64,000 nt of DNA from Desulfobacterales bacterium (lineage in GTDB: Bacteria; Desulfobacterota; Desulfobacteria; Desulfobacterales; UBA5616). Location of the stretch: positions 1-64,000 of the forward strand of contig JAWODC010000044.1 of assembly GCA_046483495.1 (NCBI GenBank), in the 5' to 3' direction. A model generated the notes under the pieces. That model ran no database searches, had not been told where the DNA came from, and was given only the letters and a program-made list of their open reading frames with translations. Numbering within the stretch: the stretch's first letter is position 1; the number at the start of each line of letters is the position of its first letter. A program made the translations under genes and the position numbers. Of this stretch, positions 49,098 through 59,768 are shown one piece after another.

Positions 49098-50033
49098 TTA
49101 AACACCGAGTTCTGCCAACTTATCTTTTAATTCCTGCACGGCATCAGCCGATTTTTTAAGTGCGGCTTTTTCATCTTCCGTCAGATTGATCTCGATAATT
49201 TTTTCAACACCATTCGCACCCAGTTTTACCGGAACGCCGATAAACAGGTCCTTAAATCCGTATTCACCCTCGAGATACACGGCACACGGCAGAATTTTCT
49301 TCTTGTCCTTCAAAATCGCTTCAGCCATTTCAACCGCGGCGGAGGATGGGGCATAATACGCGCTGCCGGTTTTGAGGAGTTTGACGATTTCAGCCCCGCC
49401 GTTGGCCGTTCGCTCTACAAGCGCATCGATGCGTTCTTTCGATATAAATTCGGTGATGGGAACACCTGCAACGGTTGAATACCTCGGCAGCGGCACCATG
49501 GTGTCACCATGGCCGCCCAGTACGAAGGCATGCGTATTTTCAACAGACACATCGAGTTCCATGGAAATAAAGGCCCTGAAGCGTGCCGAATCCAGTACAC
49601 CCGCCATTCCGACGACCTTGTTTTTCTTGAAGCCGCTGACTTCGTAGGCGACATGGCACATGGCATCGAGAGGATTGCTTACGATGATGAGAACTGCGTC
49701 CGGGGATTGCTTTGCCACTTCAGCGGTAACGCTTTTCATAATACCGGCGTTTGTGCTGATCAGATCGTCCCGGCTCATGCCCGGTTTCCTTGGTATTCCG
49801 GCCGTGATGATAACGATATCCGATCCCTCGGATTCATCATAAGAATTGGTGCCGATTATGGTTGCGTCATGCTTCTCCACCGGGGCCGCTTCCGCCAGAT
49901 CCAGCCCCTTGCCTTGTGGCACACCCTCGATGATATCGACAAGAACGACGTCGGCCAGTTCTTTCTCAGCAATCCTTTGGGCCGCCGTAGCCCCGACATT
50001 TCCCGCTCCTACTACCGTCACTTTTTTATCCAT
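49098..50033 (-). CDS. mdh: Malate dehydrogenase (LDH-like)
   Basis: [35 protein letters not shown]. Confidence 0.97.
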   Translation of the reverse strand: MDKKVTVVGAGNVGATAAQRIAEKELADVVLVDIIEGVPQGKGLDLAEAAPVEKHDATIIGTNSYDESEGSDIVIITAGIPRKPGMSRDDLISTNAGIMKSVTAEVAKQSPDAVLIIVSNPLDAMCHVAYEVSGFKKNKVVGMAGVLDSARFRAFISMELDVSVENTHAFVLGGHGDTMVPLPRYSTVAGVPITEFISKERIDALVERTANGGAEIVKLLKTGSAYYAPSSAAVEMAEAILKDKKKILPCAVYLEGEYGFKDLFIGVPVKLGANGVEKIIEINLTEDEKAALKKSADAVQELKDKLAELGV

Positions 50034-50358
50034 ACGTTGATTCTCCTTACCCGAATATATAAATATACAGTAATGTTGATAATGTTCGGACCTGATGTGC
50101 TGTTTCTGTCAAAAACTTTGGATAACCAGTGTACTTGCGATTGTCAACAGAATAATTTCATGATAGATGTCAAAAAATTTAATAGTTCCTGTCATGATTC
50201 AACCGGACCGACAGGTATGCTGTTCGACCTGACAGCACTTTCATTTGTTGACAAAGATATGGTTTTCACGTTAAGTTCCTTCGAAAAAAAAAGATCTAAC
50301 TTACTGATAAATGGTGTAAACCATATATCCGGAGGTGATTTTTCTCGAGGGCTGTCCC

Positions 50359-51138
50359 ATGAATTTTAAAGCAAAAATCAAATCCTTGATCAAGGAAGCG
50401 GAGTTTTATCGCGCACAGGGCCTGCTGAAAGAAGCGAAAGTATCCTATGAAAAGATAATTGAATTGGTGAACCGCAACCTGGCGCCTTCCGCCGGGAAGA
50501 AACTCATCGACCATATATCGTCTAAAATCAAGGAATTGGAAAAGGAGCGCCGCAGGGTCGAAAAAAAAGTGCTTTCACCGCAGATGACAAGAGAATCACA
50601 AGACCTGATTACACAAATGTTCCAGGCCGCAGATGGTGACGACGAGAGCGCAGCGGCACTCGAAGGCGCAAAGGCATTGTTGAAGTTCGGACAATTCGAC
50701 CGTGCCAAAGAGGAGTTGACAAAGCTTCTGGCATTTGAATCCAGGCGGTTGGAAGCGGCAAGGCATATCATTCACTGCCTTTTCCTCGAATCCAGATATG
50801 ACGATGCCGTAATGCAATACCGCGATTGGCTGAACAGTAATCTTTTTACTTCCCACCAGCTCGACGTGCTGAAAAATTTTATGGAAAAAACATTCAAATA
50901 CAAAGGAATGCAAAAAAGGCTCCCCGAGATGACGGCGGATCAAGACAACATCATCGAACTAAACCTGAAGAAGCTGCAAAAACAAAACTCGCCATTGGAA
51001 GAAGAAGCCGATCAACCGAAAAGGACCGAAGCGGGCGGCAAGTCGGACGGGACAACCGAAAAGGACAACGAAGATTTCGAAGAGTTCGATATTCTGGCAT
51101 CCATCAAAAAATCCGGCAAATCGGAGAATAAGAATTGA
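50359..51138 (+). CDS. Hypothetical TPR-like protein
   Basis: EAEFYRAQGLLKEA and ALLKFGQFDRA helical repeats, acidic tail. Confidence 0.65.
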   Translation: MNFKAKIKSLIKEAEFYRAQGLLKEAKVSYEKIIELVNRNLAPSAGKKLIDHISSKIKELEKERRRVEKKVLSPQMTRESQDLITQMFQAADGDDESAAALEGAKALLKFGQFDRAKEELTKLLAFESRRLEAARHIIHCLFLESRYDDAVMQYRDWLNSNLFTSHQLDVLKNFMEKTFKYKGMQKRLPEMTADQDNIIELNLKKLQKQNSPLEEEADQPKRTEAGGKSDGTTEKDNEDFEEFDILASIKKSGKSENKN

Positions 51139-51251
51139 AAAACCGGCAAGCGTCTGCTTTCATCGATACGAAACTTGAAAATCCATGTTTTGACTGCAAA
51201 CGAAGAAGGCCCTTTTCATTTCACATGTAAATTTCGGGCGTGGAGCTATCT

Positions 51252-51866
51252 ATGGCAGTTTTGAACCTGAAGAACCGCGAAATCGAATGCAAAATTGTTT
51301 ATTACGGGCCTGGAAGGTGCGGCAAAACAACGAATTTGGAATACACCTACAAAACATTTAAAAAGCAGATCGCCGGTGATATGGTAAGCATCAATACGGA
51401 AGGAGACCGTACACTGTTTTTTGATTTTCTGCCTATAGGACTCGGCAAAATAAAAGGGTGTGATGTGCGCGTTCAGTTGTATACGGTTCCGGGGCAAGTC
51501 AAGTATTCATCCACCCGGAAGCTGGTGCTGAAAGGTGTTGACGGCGTGGTTTTCGTGGCCGACTCGCTTAAAGTCCGGCGGGAAAAGAATATGCTTTCGT
51601 TGAAAGATCTTCAGTCGAACCTTAAGGAATACGGCATCAGCATCTTTAGAATCCCTCTTGTACTGCAATATAACAAGCGTGATCTGGCAGATGAAGGACT
51701 TCCGATTATGGCTGTCGATCAGATGGAAAGGGATTTGAACCGGCAGTTGAACATTCCCTCTTTTCCGGCAAGCGCGATAACCGGAGAGGGCGTTGGAAAG
51801 ACGTTAACGGAATGCTTGAAACTGACACTGGTATCACTCCAGAAGCAATTTAAGTGGGCCCAATGA
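51252..51866 (+). CDS. mglA: MglA-family small GTPase
   Basis: KIVYYGPGRCGKTTNL, RTLFFDFLP, LYTVPGQ, QYNKRD. Confidence 0.9.
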   Translation: MAVLNLKNREIECKIVYYGPGRCGKTTNLEYTYKTFKKQIAGDMVSINTEGDRTLFFDFLPIGLGKIKGCDVRVQLYTVPGQVKYSSTRKLVLKGVDGVVFVADSLKVRREKNMLSLKDLQSNLKEYGISIFRIPLVLQYNKRDLADEGLPIMAVDQMERDLNRQLNIPSFPASAITGEGVGKTLTECLKLTLVSLQKQFKWAQ

Positions 51867-53071
51867 AAACGATACCTGCAAACACCGTTTTTTCAGGAGA
51901 TCTGAACTTTTTTGGATTAGGCGACCTTCTGCAGCTGATCGGTTCCAATAATGCTACCGGTTTGTTGAATATAAACAATCCCTATGATGAAAATACGGGC
52001 GTAATCTTCTTTGTCGACGGCAATCCGATCGATGCCCGGTACGGATCATTAAACGGGCTCGATGCCGTATATGCACTGTTCGGGTGGACCCGGGGGCATT
52101 TTGAATTCGTGTTGAGCCCGGTTAAGAACGCTAAAACAATTCATGACAGCCGTATGCAGATCATTTTAACCGGTTTAAAGATGCTCGACGAAGGAAAAAT
52201 CAAGAGGCTCGGCCCGATTTCGTATGATGCGGACCCGGAAAATGATAAGTTTCCGGGAGTGTCTCAGCCGGTCATCAGGGGCCCCCTTATCGATTATCTG
52301 TACGTCGTGGATGAAGAGACATTCACAGAAGGACAAGATATCGTGTTGGAGGGAAAACACGGCAATTGGCTTTGGGTCATCCTGGATGGCACTGTTCAGA
52401 TCCTAAGGGAAACCGAGAACGGCCCCGTCAAGATCGTTCGTTTAGGTTCCGGATCTTTTGTCGGCAGTATCGCCTCCTTTTTGCTGGGTGACTACACCCG
52501 CAGTGCGACCGTTATCGCGGAAACCCGCGTAATGCTCGGTGTTCTGGACAGCCAGCGTTTGTTGAACGAATTCGCCCTGCTGACTCCGGTGCTGAAAAGC
52601 ATTTTTTTGAGCCTGGATAAGCGGCTGAAACAGGTGACGGAAAGTGCGGTCGCCCATTTTTTCAACACCGCACCGCCGGTTCGATTGAACAAAATGGAGC
52701 TTTATCTGCCTCAGGAAGACCACCCCCAAAAGCCGGTTCTTATCAGAGAAGGGCGGGCAAGCGTGATCCGATCCACCCCTTATGGGGATGTGCTGCTGGC
52801 GAATTTGTATCCGGACGACTTTATCGGCAAGATACCGTTTATCGATATGGATCATGAACACCTGTCCGCGAGTGTCTATGTTTCCAAAAACCTCAAGGTC
52901 AGCGAAATCGATATGAGTTCCTGGATGGCCGAATATAACCGCCTTTCCACGACGTTCAAAAACATCATCAATAATGTCGCCGCCTGCATGTCGGCCACCT
53001 CGATGATGACCTGTGAATTCAAAAAAAAACATGCAGAGGACGAATCCGGTGCCGATGCTCGTAAAACGTGA
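51863..53071 (+). CDS. DUF4388 (PatA_N) plus cyclic-nucleotide-binding domain protein
   Basis: FSGDL...LGDLLQLI...G.IFFVDG...WTRGHFEF, then cNMP-type folds (GSFVG...RSATV); ATGA overlap with mglA. Confidence 0.8.
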   Translation: MKTIPANTVFSGDLNFFGLGDLLQLIGSNNATGLLNINNPYDENTGVIFFVDGNPIDARYGSLNGLDAVYALFGWTRGHFEFVLSPVKNAKTIHDSRMQIILTGLKMLDEGKIKRLGPISYDADPENDKFPGVSQPVIRGPLIDYLYVVDEETFTEGQDIVLEGKHGNWLWVILDGTVQILRETENGPVKIVRLGSGSFVGSIASFLLGDYTRSATVIAETRVMLGVLDSQRLLNEFALLTPVLKSIFLSLDKRLKQVTESAVAHFFNTAPPVRLNKMELYLPQEDHPQKPVLIREGRASVIRSTPYGDVLLANLYPDDFIGKIPFIDMDHEHLSASVYVSKNLKVSEIDMSSWMAEYNRLSTTFKNIINNVAACMSATSMMTCEFKKKHAEDESGADARKT

Positions 53072-53205
53072 ACGATTAGACAGAATAAATTAGTCGGCAT
53101 CATTATCTTGTACAGTATAAATGACAGATGCACATGGTGCTGCGTTCCGGCTGATGAAGACGTGAATCAGCCATATCCGGATGGGCGCCGGGGAAAAGCC
53201 GATAC

Positions 53206-53541
53206 ATGGAAGATCGCAGGAAACACGAGAGGATAGATTCAGCGCACTTGTTGTACCTTTGCCTGAAGGATGATAATGATACGGTGATCCGGCAGGGGAT
53301 GGGAAAAATATTGAATTTGTCGGAAGCCGGTGTCCGGCTGCAAACCCATTTTCCCATCGAGGGCGAAGATCCTGTTTGGCTGTCCATCGGCATCGAAGAG
53401 GACGTCGTGGATGTAAAGGGCATGGTGATATACCGCCTATCTCAAGATGGGCGCCATGAATTCGGAATTCGATTCATAGAACCCGACGCGTCGGCGAGGG
53501 AGATCTTGATGCGGTATATATCGAAAAAACAGAAAAAATAA
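53206..53541 (+). CDS. PilZ domain protein
   Basis: DRRKHER and NLSEAG motifs. Confidence 0.85.
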   Translation: MEDRRKHERIDSAHLLYLCLKDDNDTVIRQGMGKILNLSEAGVRLQTHFPIEGEDPVWLSIGIEEDVVDVKGMVIYRLSQDGRHEFGIRFIEPDASAREILMRYISKKQKK

Positions 53542-53567
53542 TTGACTCGAAAAGGAATCTGCATAAC

Positions 53568-54464
53568 ATGGACCGACCGGTTTACGAAACCGATTTTCCG
53601 AAATTGGCACTGGTAAAAAGGGGGAAGGTAAGAGACCTCTATGAGGTCGACGGCAACCTGCTGCTGGTGGCGACGGACAGGATATCCGCATATGACGTTG
53701 TCATGACCGATCCCATACCCGGAAAAGGTAAGATATTGACCCAAATATCTCTTTTCTGGTTTGAACAAACGGTACCGATCGTAAAGAATCATATCATTTC
53801 GGCCGATGTTGGCGAGTTCCCGGAGGTTTGCCGGCCCTATGCGGATACCCTGAGAGGCAGAAGTATGCTGGTCAGAAAGACGCGGCCGCTTACCATCGAA
53901 TGCGTTGTCCGGGGATATATTTCAGGATCGGCATGGGCGTCATACAAAGAAACCGGCAGCGTCTGCGGCATTCCGCTGCCGCCGGGATTGACGGAATCGC
54001 AGAAACTCCCTGAACCGATATTCACGCCAAGTACAAAAGCTGAGCTTGGCGAACATGACGAAAATATCGATTTTGAAACCGCTGCAGCGCATGTCGGCAA
54101 AGATATCGCGGAACGCGTGAAAAAATTCAGCCTGCAACTTTATGAAGAGGGCTGCCGGATTGCTGAAGAAAAAGGAATCATCATCGCGGACACCAAATTT
54201 GAATTCGGTCTGGATGACGGGGAATTAATTCTCATCGATGAGGTGCTGACCCCGGATTCCTCCCGGTTCTGGCCTAAAGCGGATTATGCCCCCGGAAAAT
54301 CACAGAAAAGCTTCGACAAACAATATCTTCGGGATTACCTGATGTCCATAGAATGGCCAAAAACGCCGCCGGCGCCTGAACTGCCGGACGAGGTGATTCG
54401 CAACACCCGTCAGAAATACCTGGAGGCCCTGCACAGGCTGACCGGCACCGTCCATGACATTTAG
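53568..54464 (+). CDS. purC: SAICAR synthase
   Basis: [41 protein letters not shown]. Confidence 0.97.
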   Translation: MDRPVYETDFPKLALVKRGKVRDLYEVDGNLLLVATDRISAYDVVMTDPIPGKGKILTQISLFWFEQTVPIVKNHIISADVGEFPEVCRPYADTLRGRSMLVRKTRPLTIECVVRGYISGSAWASYKETGSVCGIPLPPGLTESQKLPEPIFTPSTKAELGEHDENIDFETAAAHVGKDIAERVKKFSLQLYEEGCRIAEEKGIIIADTKFEFGLDDGELILIDEVLTPDSSRFWPKADYAPGKSQKSFDKQYLRDYLMSIEWPKTPPAPELPDEVIRNTRQKYLEALHRLTGTVHDI

Positions 54465-55404
54465 ACAAGCGCATATGCCTGCGGCATCCATCGATGACGC
54501 AGATGACTTTTTTCGCATTACGACGCGTACAGACACCTCGGATCTTGTGCAGTCCATCCAATCCGTCAAGGGCGTGATCAACCCCCCGCTGCTTCGAAGT
54601 TCCGCATCGGGGCATCACGTGGTTTTTGGATTTCGGCGCATTGCGGCCTGCCGGGTTCTCGGATATCGAACCATTTCCTGCCGGATTACCGACCAGCCTT
54701 TTTTAGACTGTGCGAAACTGGCCGTTGTGGACAATATGTCCCAGCGGGATTTAAACACCGTTGAACTTTCCAATGCAATCGGGCTGCTTGCCCGCTGCTC
54801 GAGCGGCACGGCCCAATTGCAAAATGCCCTCCTGGATCTTGGACTGCCGGCGAAATCCTCGTTTATTGCAAAGATGATGCAGATCCAAGAAATGCCGGCC
54901 TCTCTCAAATCCGGAATCGCGAATAACAGCATCGCTTTGCCCGTTGCACGGAAATTGACGGAGTTGCCGGTTGACGATGCGCTGGTTTTGGCCGACCTGT
55001 TCCGTAACCTGACCGTAAGTCTCAATAAACAATTGGAAATAACGGCATTGACCGATGAGATCGCTCACCGAGAGGACATTTCCATTTCCGATTTGTTTAA
55101 CGAACCCGAATTATCCCAAATCCTTGAAAACGAAAACGCGGAAAAATCCCGTGCTGCAGGACGGCTGCGGACCTATTTGAAAAAACGGCGGTTTCCGAAA
55201 CTTGTTGGAGTGGAACAGAATTTTGAAAACATCAAGAAATCATTAAAGCTTCCCCCAAACGTCCAATTTCAGGCGCCACCGTATTTCGAGGGCGATACCT
55301 ACACCATTGCCATAAAATTTTCCAGCATGGAAGAGTTGGAACAGTGCCGGAAGATCTTCGATCGACTGATTTCTCATCCGGAACTGAAAACGTCATTGGA
55401 TTAG
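54454..55404 (+). CDS. ParB/Srx N-terminal domain protein
   Basis: [18 protein letters not shown] arginine patch, DNMSQRDLN; overlaps the purC end. Confidence 0.75.
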   Translation: MTFRQAHMPAASIDDADDFFRITTRTDTSDLVQSIQSVKGVINPPLLRSSASGHHVVFGFRRIAACRVLGYRTISCRITDQPFLDCAKLAVVDNMSQRDLNTVELSNAIGLLARCSSGTAQLQNALLDLGLPAKSSFIAKMMQIQEMPASLKSGIANNSIALPVARKLTELPVDDALVLADLFRNLTVSLNKQLEITALTDEIAHREDISISDLFNEPELSQILENENAEKSRAAGRLRTYLKKRRFPKLVGVEQNFENIKKSLKLPPNVQFQAPPYFEGDTYTIAIKFSSMEELEQCRKIFDRLISHPELKTSLD

Positions 55405-55427
55405 AGACGTGAAACCGGAGGATCGGA

Positions 55428-56528
55428 TTGACGATTAAGAACGTATTTATCGACAGAAATATCGCCCATAACGAAGAAACCGAGGCCGTCACATCCAGAA
55501 TCGACGTTCCTGTTGAAATGGCCTGCATCGAAGATGTCTACACTTACATCCGATCAGCCGACGATCCCATTCTAAGAGGCAAGGAAGTGCTGTATATCAG
55601 CGAGAACAGGGGGCGATTTTTAAGACCCTGTCCGGGAACCCGCAATTATAACTGCTGTGGTTATTGGATTCTTCATATCGGCACCTACTGCCTTATGGAT
55701 TGTGCGTACTGCATTCTTCAATCCTACTTTCATCCGCCGGTGCTGCAATATTTTATCAATCACGACAAAATGACGGCCGAGTTGGACGAGATGTTCACCC
55801 GTAACCGCATCCATCGAATCGGGACGGGCGAATTTACCGACAGCCTGATTTGGGAGCATTGGACGAATCTGTCTTCCGTCCTTGTTCCGGTCTTTGCACG
55901 ACACGACAATGCAATCTTGGAATTAAAGACAAAGACAACCGAAATCAATCGCTTGAAACCCCTTCATCACAACCGCAAAACCATAATGGCGTGGTCCCTG
56001 AATTCCGAAGCGGTAATCCAAAACGAGGAAAACGCCACCGCCTGTTTGACGGACAGGCTGGAGGCGGCAAAATTATGTGAATCATGGGGCTATCCGCTGG
56101 CATTCCATTTCGATCCAATCATTATTTACGAAAACTGTGAACAGGATTACTATGACGTTATCGAGCGGCTGTTTTCCTGCATATCTCCGGAGAACATCGT
56201 ATGGATCAGCCTGGGGACCTTTCGCTTCATGGCGGACCTTAAATCCATCATTCGGAAGCGATTTCCGAATTCCAAAATCACCTGCGGCGAATTTATCCCG
56301 GGGCTGGACCAGAAGATGCGGTATTTTAAGCCGATCAGGATATCACTGTACCGTAAAATCATCACCTGGATCAGGCAGGCGGCGCCCGATGTCCTGGTAT
56401 ATTTCTGCATGGAGGATGATGAGGTGTGGCGAAAAACTCTTGGATTTACACCGGGGGAAAAAGGGGGGCTGGCACGCATGCTCGATGAATCCGCCGCCGC
56501 CCATTGTGAACTGTCCATCCAAACATGA
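55428..56528 (+). CDS. Spore photoproduct lyase-like radical SAM protein
   Basis: CPGT...CCGY, CLMDCAYC (CxxxCxxC), GTGEFTDSL, ELKTK, AFHFDP, YFCME; GGAGG RBS with TTG start. Confidence 0.85.
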   Translation: MTIKNVFIDRNIAHNEETEAVTSRIDVPVEMACIEDVYTYIRSADDPILRGKEVLYISENRGRFLRPCPGTRNYNCCGYWILHIGTYCLMDCAYCILQSYFHPPVLQYFINHDKMTAELDEMFTRNRIHRIGTGEFTDSLIWEHWTNLSSVLVPVFARHDNAILELKTKTTEINRLKPLHHNRKTIMAWSLNSEAVIQNEENATACLTDRLEAAKLCESWGYPLAFHFDPIIIYENCEQDYYDVIERLFSCISPENIVWISLGTFRFMADLKSIIRKRFPNSKITCGEFIPGLDQKMRYFKPIRISLYRKIITWIRQAAPDVLVYFCMEDDEVWRKTLGFTPGEKGGLARMLDESAAAHCELSIQT

Positions 56529-56610
56529 TATCATGCGATTCAGTTCAGTCTACCGCCGTTGCAGGCCACAAGATGCCTGCAACGATCAGCTGTTTGTAAA
56601 AGGACAGAAA

Positions 56611-56640
56611 CCAAGGGCGGGGGATTGACACCGCCCTTGG
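56611..56640. terminator. Hairpin between convergent radical SAM and EF-G genes
   Basis: CCAAGGGCGG...CCGCCCTTGG 10-bp perfect stem. Confidence 0.55.
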
Positions 56641-56674
56641 AGTAATTCGTGCTGTTCGAAGGTAAAGAGGTCGA

Positions 56675-58744
56675 TTATTCCTTGCTCTTATTTGTTTCTT
56701 CCACGATTTTCTCGGCGGTCTGCGCCGGCACTTCGTCATAGTGGGAAAATTCCATCGTATACACGCCTCTACCGCCGGTAATTGAATTGAGGTCCGGCGC
56801 ATAGGTCAGAAATTCGGCCATTGGAACATGGGCGTGAATCTCCTGGTTCTTTCCAGCGGTGTCCATTCCCAGAACCCGTCCCCGCCGGCTGTTCAAATCT
56901 CCCATAATGTCTCCCATGAATTCGTCCGGGGCCGTTACGCTGACCTTCATGATGGGTTCGAGCAGCACGGGTTTTGCCTCTTCCGCCGCTTTTTTAAAGG
57001 CCAGCGATCCGGCGATTTTAAAAGCCATTTCAGATGAATCCACGGAGTGATACGACCCGTCGACGAGCGTCACTTTGAAATCGATGCAGGGAAAACCGGC
57101 CAGTACTCCCTTTTGAGCGGCTTCGGCAATTCCCTTCTCGACAGCCGGAATGTAGGTTTTCGGGATGGCGCCCCCGACGATCGCATCCACGAACTCGAAT
57201 CCCGCCCCGCGCTCCAGCGGCTCCATTTGGATCCAGCAGTCGCCGAACTGGCCGTGGCCGCCGGACTGCTTCTTATGCCTGCCCTGAACCCTGACCTTCT
57301 TCTTAATCGTTTCGCGATAAGGAACTTTGGGCGGAGACAGCAGAACCTCGACATTGAATTTTCGTTTCAGCTTTTCAACCGTTGTTTCAATGTGAACCTG
57401 GCCCATACCGGATAAGAGGGTCTGCTTTGTTTCAGCATTTCGTTCGAGCTGCAATGCGGGATCTTCTTCAAGTATTTTGGCCAATGAAGATACGATCTTA
57501 TCTTCATCACCCTGGGATTTGGGTTCAACGGCAAAAGAAATCAACGGCAGCAGGGGATCAGCGGTTTTGAAGATCACCTTATCGGATTCCGAACACAGGG
57601 TGTCTCCCGTCGTCGTTTCCTTTAATTTTGCCACAGCAACGATTGAACCCGGTCCGGCTTCATTGATCGGCTTTTGCTCTTTTCCCGTTATGGTCAGCAA
57701 CTGGTTATAGCGTTCACGGGTTTGTTTCGCAGAATTGTAAAATCCGCCATCCGCCCCCAGCTTTCCCGATACGATCCTGAATATGGAAAGACGGCCGGCA
57801 AATGGATCCGCAATGGTTTTAAATACAAATGCAGCAAATGGAGCATCGGGGTCCGGAGTACATTCCTTTTCGGAATTATCCGGGGCCAGTCCTTTTTTAG
57901 GCGGGCTGTCCACAGGGGAGGGCATCACCGCGGCAACGGCATCGAGCAGCAGGTCTACACCGATATCCTTGGCAACCGAACCGCATAAGACCGGAACAAT
58001 GGATCTGTCCATCACCCCTTTTTTAAGCGCGGCATTCAGCTCCTCATCCGAGAGGGATTCCCCTTCGAGGTATCTTTCCGTGAGTTCATCATCCGCTTCT
58101 ACGATATTTTCGACCAAAGCCTCGCGTTCCGCTTCGACATCCGGCCGGATGTCATCCGGAATATCCACCGGTTTGGCTTTTCCGTCGGCCTCGTAAATAT
58201 AGGCTTTCATTGCGATCAGATCCACCACACCTTTAAAATCCGCCTCGGCCCCGATCGGCACCTGGATGATAACCGGCTTGGGATCGAAACTGGCGGTGAC
58301 ATCTTGAACGGTTCTCGAGAAATCCGCCCTTTCCCGATCCATTTTATTGATGAATATCATGCACGGCATGGTAAACTGTGCGGCAAAATCCCAAGCCTGT
58401 TCCGTCTGTACTTTAACGCCGTCAATGGCATCGATAACAAGTAAGGCGCCGTCCGCCGCTTCCATGCAAAGCTTTGTATCCGTGAAAAAATTCTGGTCGC
58501 CCGGCGTGTCGATAATGCTTACGGTGTGGTTTTTCCATTGGAAATGGTTGAAACTGCTGCTGATGCTCGATTGGCGTTTCAGCTCTTCCGGCTCGAAATC
58601 CATGACGGTGTTTCCTTCTTCCACACGTCCCAATCGCTTGGTGACACCCGTCTTGAACAGCATGAGCTCAGCCAGGGACGTTTTGCCTGATCCGCCATGC
58701 CCGATAATGGCGATGTTTCTAAGCTTGTTTAAAGTCTCAGTCAT
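56675..58744 (-). CDS. fusA: Elongation factor G paralogue (EF-G2 type)
   Basis: GHGGSGKT, DTPGD, NKMD, KKQSGGHGQF, DGSYHSVDSSEMAF; not in an rpsL-rpsG operon. Confidence 0.92.
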   Translation of the reverse strand: MTETLNKLRNIAIIGHGGSGKTSLAELMLFKTGVTKRLGRVEEGNTVMDFEPEELKRQSSISSSFNHFQWKNHTVSIIDTPGDQNFFTDTKLCMEAADGALLVIDAIDGVKVQTEQAWDFAAQFTMPCMIFINKMDRERADFSRTVQDVTASFDPKPVIIQVPIGAEADFKGVVDLIAMKAYIYEADGKAKPVDIPDDIRPDVEAEREALVENIVEADDELTERYLEGESLSDEELNAALKKGVMDRSIVPVLCGSVAKDIGVDLLLDAVAAVMPSPVDSPPKKGLAPDNSEKECTPDPDAPFAAFVFKTIADPFAGRLSIFRIVSGKLGADGGFYNSAKQTRERYNQLLTITGKEQKPINEAGPGSIVAVAKLKETTTGDTLCSESDKVIFKTADPLLPLISFAVEPKSQGDEDKIVSSLAKILEEDPALQLERNAETKQTLLSGMGQVHIETTVEKLKRKFNVEVLLSPPKVPYRETIKKKVRVQGRHKKQSGGHGQFGDCWIQMEPLERGAGFEFVDAIVGGAIPKTYIPAVEKGIAEAAQKGVLAGFPCIDFKVTLVDGSYHSVDSSEMAFKIAGSLAFKKAAEEAKPVLLEPIMKVSVTAPDEFMGDIMGDLNSRRGRVLGMDTAGKNQEIHAHVPMAEFLTYAPDLNSITGGRGVYTMEFSHYDEVPAQTAEKIVEETNKSKE

Positions 58745-59012
58745 TTATGCTCCTCTCTGGTATCGGTATATTTGCCGGCAGGGGTTTTCCCGCCCAGGAA
58801 ATGCGGCAAGCCGTCGAAGTTGATGAATGGCGGCAGCATGAAAGCCATTCCCGTCCCGCTATCTGCAATCATTTCCTAAATCTCATTTTTTAATATAATG
58901 CAATGGAAAAAATCAACCCTATAATCCCGAATTGTCAGCCATAAACATGGAAAGGGATCGGGCGTAAACCAGACAAAACCGGATGTGAAAGCGTATCCAT
59001 CGGTCGGGTATT

Positions 59013-59768
59013 TCAAGAGACGCCGATGTCGATCATGAATTCCCTGTTTCCCTTGGAACCGACAATCGGCGAAGGAATAACGGCCCCGCATACCAGGCCG
59101 TTTTTCGAGAAAAAGGCAACCAGTTCCCGGATAACCTCTTCGTGCTGCGTTGTATCCCTTACGATGCCTCCCTTGCCGACCTTTCCTTTACCGACTTCAA
59201 ATTGGGGTTTGATCAGAGCAAGCATTCGTGAAGAGGGCTTCATAAACTTCAGAACGGCCGGTACCACGATCTTCAGGCTGATGAAAGACACATCGATAAC
59301 GGCCAGGTCCACCGGGACCGGCAGAGCTTCGGCAGAAAGATACCGTATATTCGTCCGTTCGATAACGGTAACGCGGGGATCGTTTCTGAGTTTCCAGGCC
59401 AACTGGCCGTATCCCACATCCACTGCATAGACGTGACCCGCCCCAAACTGAAGAAGGCAATCGGTGAATCCGCCTGTGGATGCACCTACGTCCAGGCAGT
59501 TCTTGTTGGAAACCGTCAATCCGAGCTGTTTTACGGCATGTTCGAGCTTCAGACCGCCGCGGCTGACAAATGCGATGTCATTACCCTTTATGTCGATCCG
59601 GGCGTCCTCCGCAATCATTGTACCGGGTTTGTCTACCCGGCGGGAGTCGACGTATACGCTTCCCGACAGGATCAGAGACCGGCTTTTTTCCCGGCTTGCC
59701 GCCATTTTTTTTTCCACCAGCAGCTGATCGATCCTTTTCTTTTCTATTTTAGCGGGCAAGGGCATCAT
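59013..59768 (-). CDS. tlyA: TlyA family rRNA methyltransferase
   Basis: S4 domain, VSRGGLKL, DVGASTGGFTD, DVSFISL, KPQFE. Confidence 0.95.
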   Translation of the reverse strand: MMPLPAKIEKKRIDQLLVEKKMAASREKSRSLILSGSVYVDSRRVDKPGTMIAEDARIDIKGNDIAFVSRGGLKLEHAVKQLGLTVSNKNCLDVGASTGGFTDCLLQFGAGHVYAVDVGYGQLAWKLRNDPRVTVIERTNIRYLSAEALPVPVDLAVIDVSFISLKIVVPAVLKFMKPSSRMLALIKPQFEVGKGKVGKGGIVRDTTQHEEVIRELVAFFSKNGLVCGAVIPSPIVGSKGNREFMIDIGVS

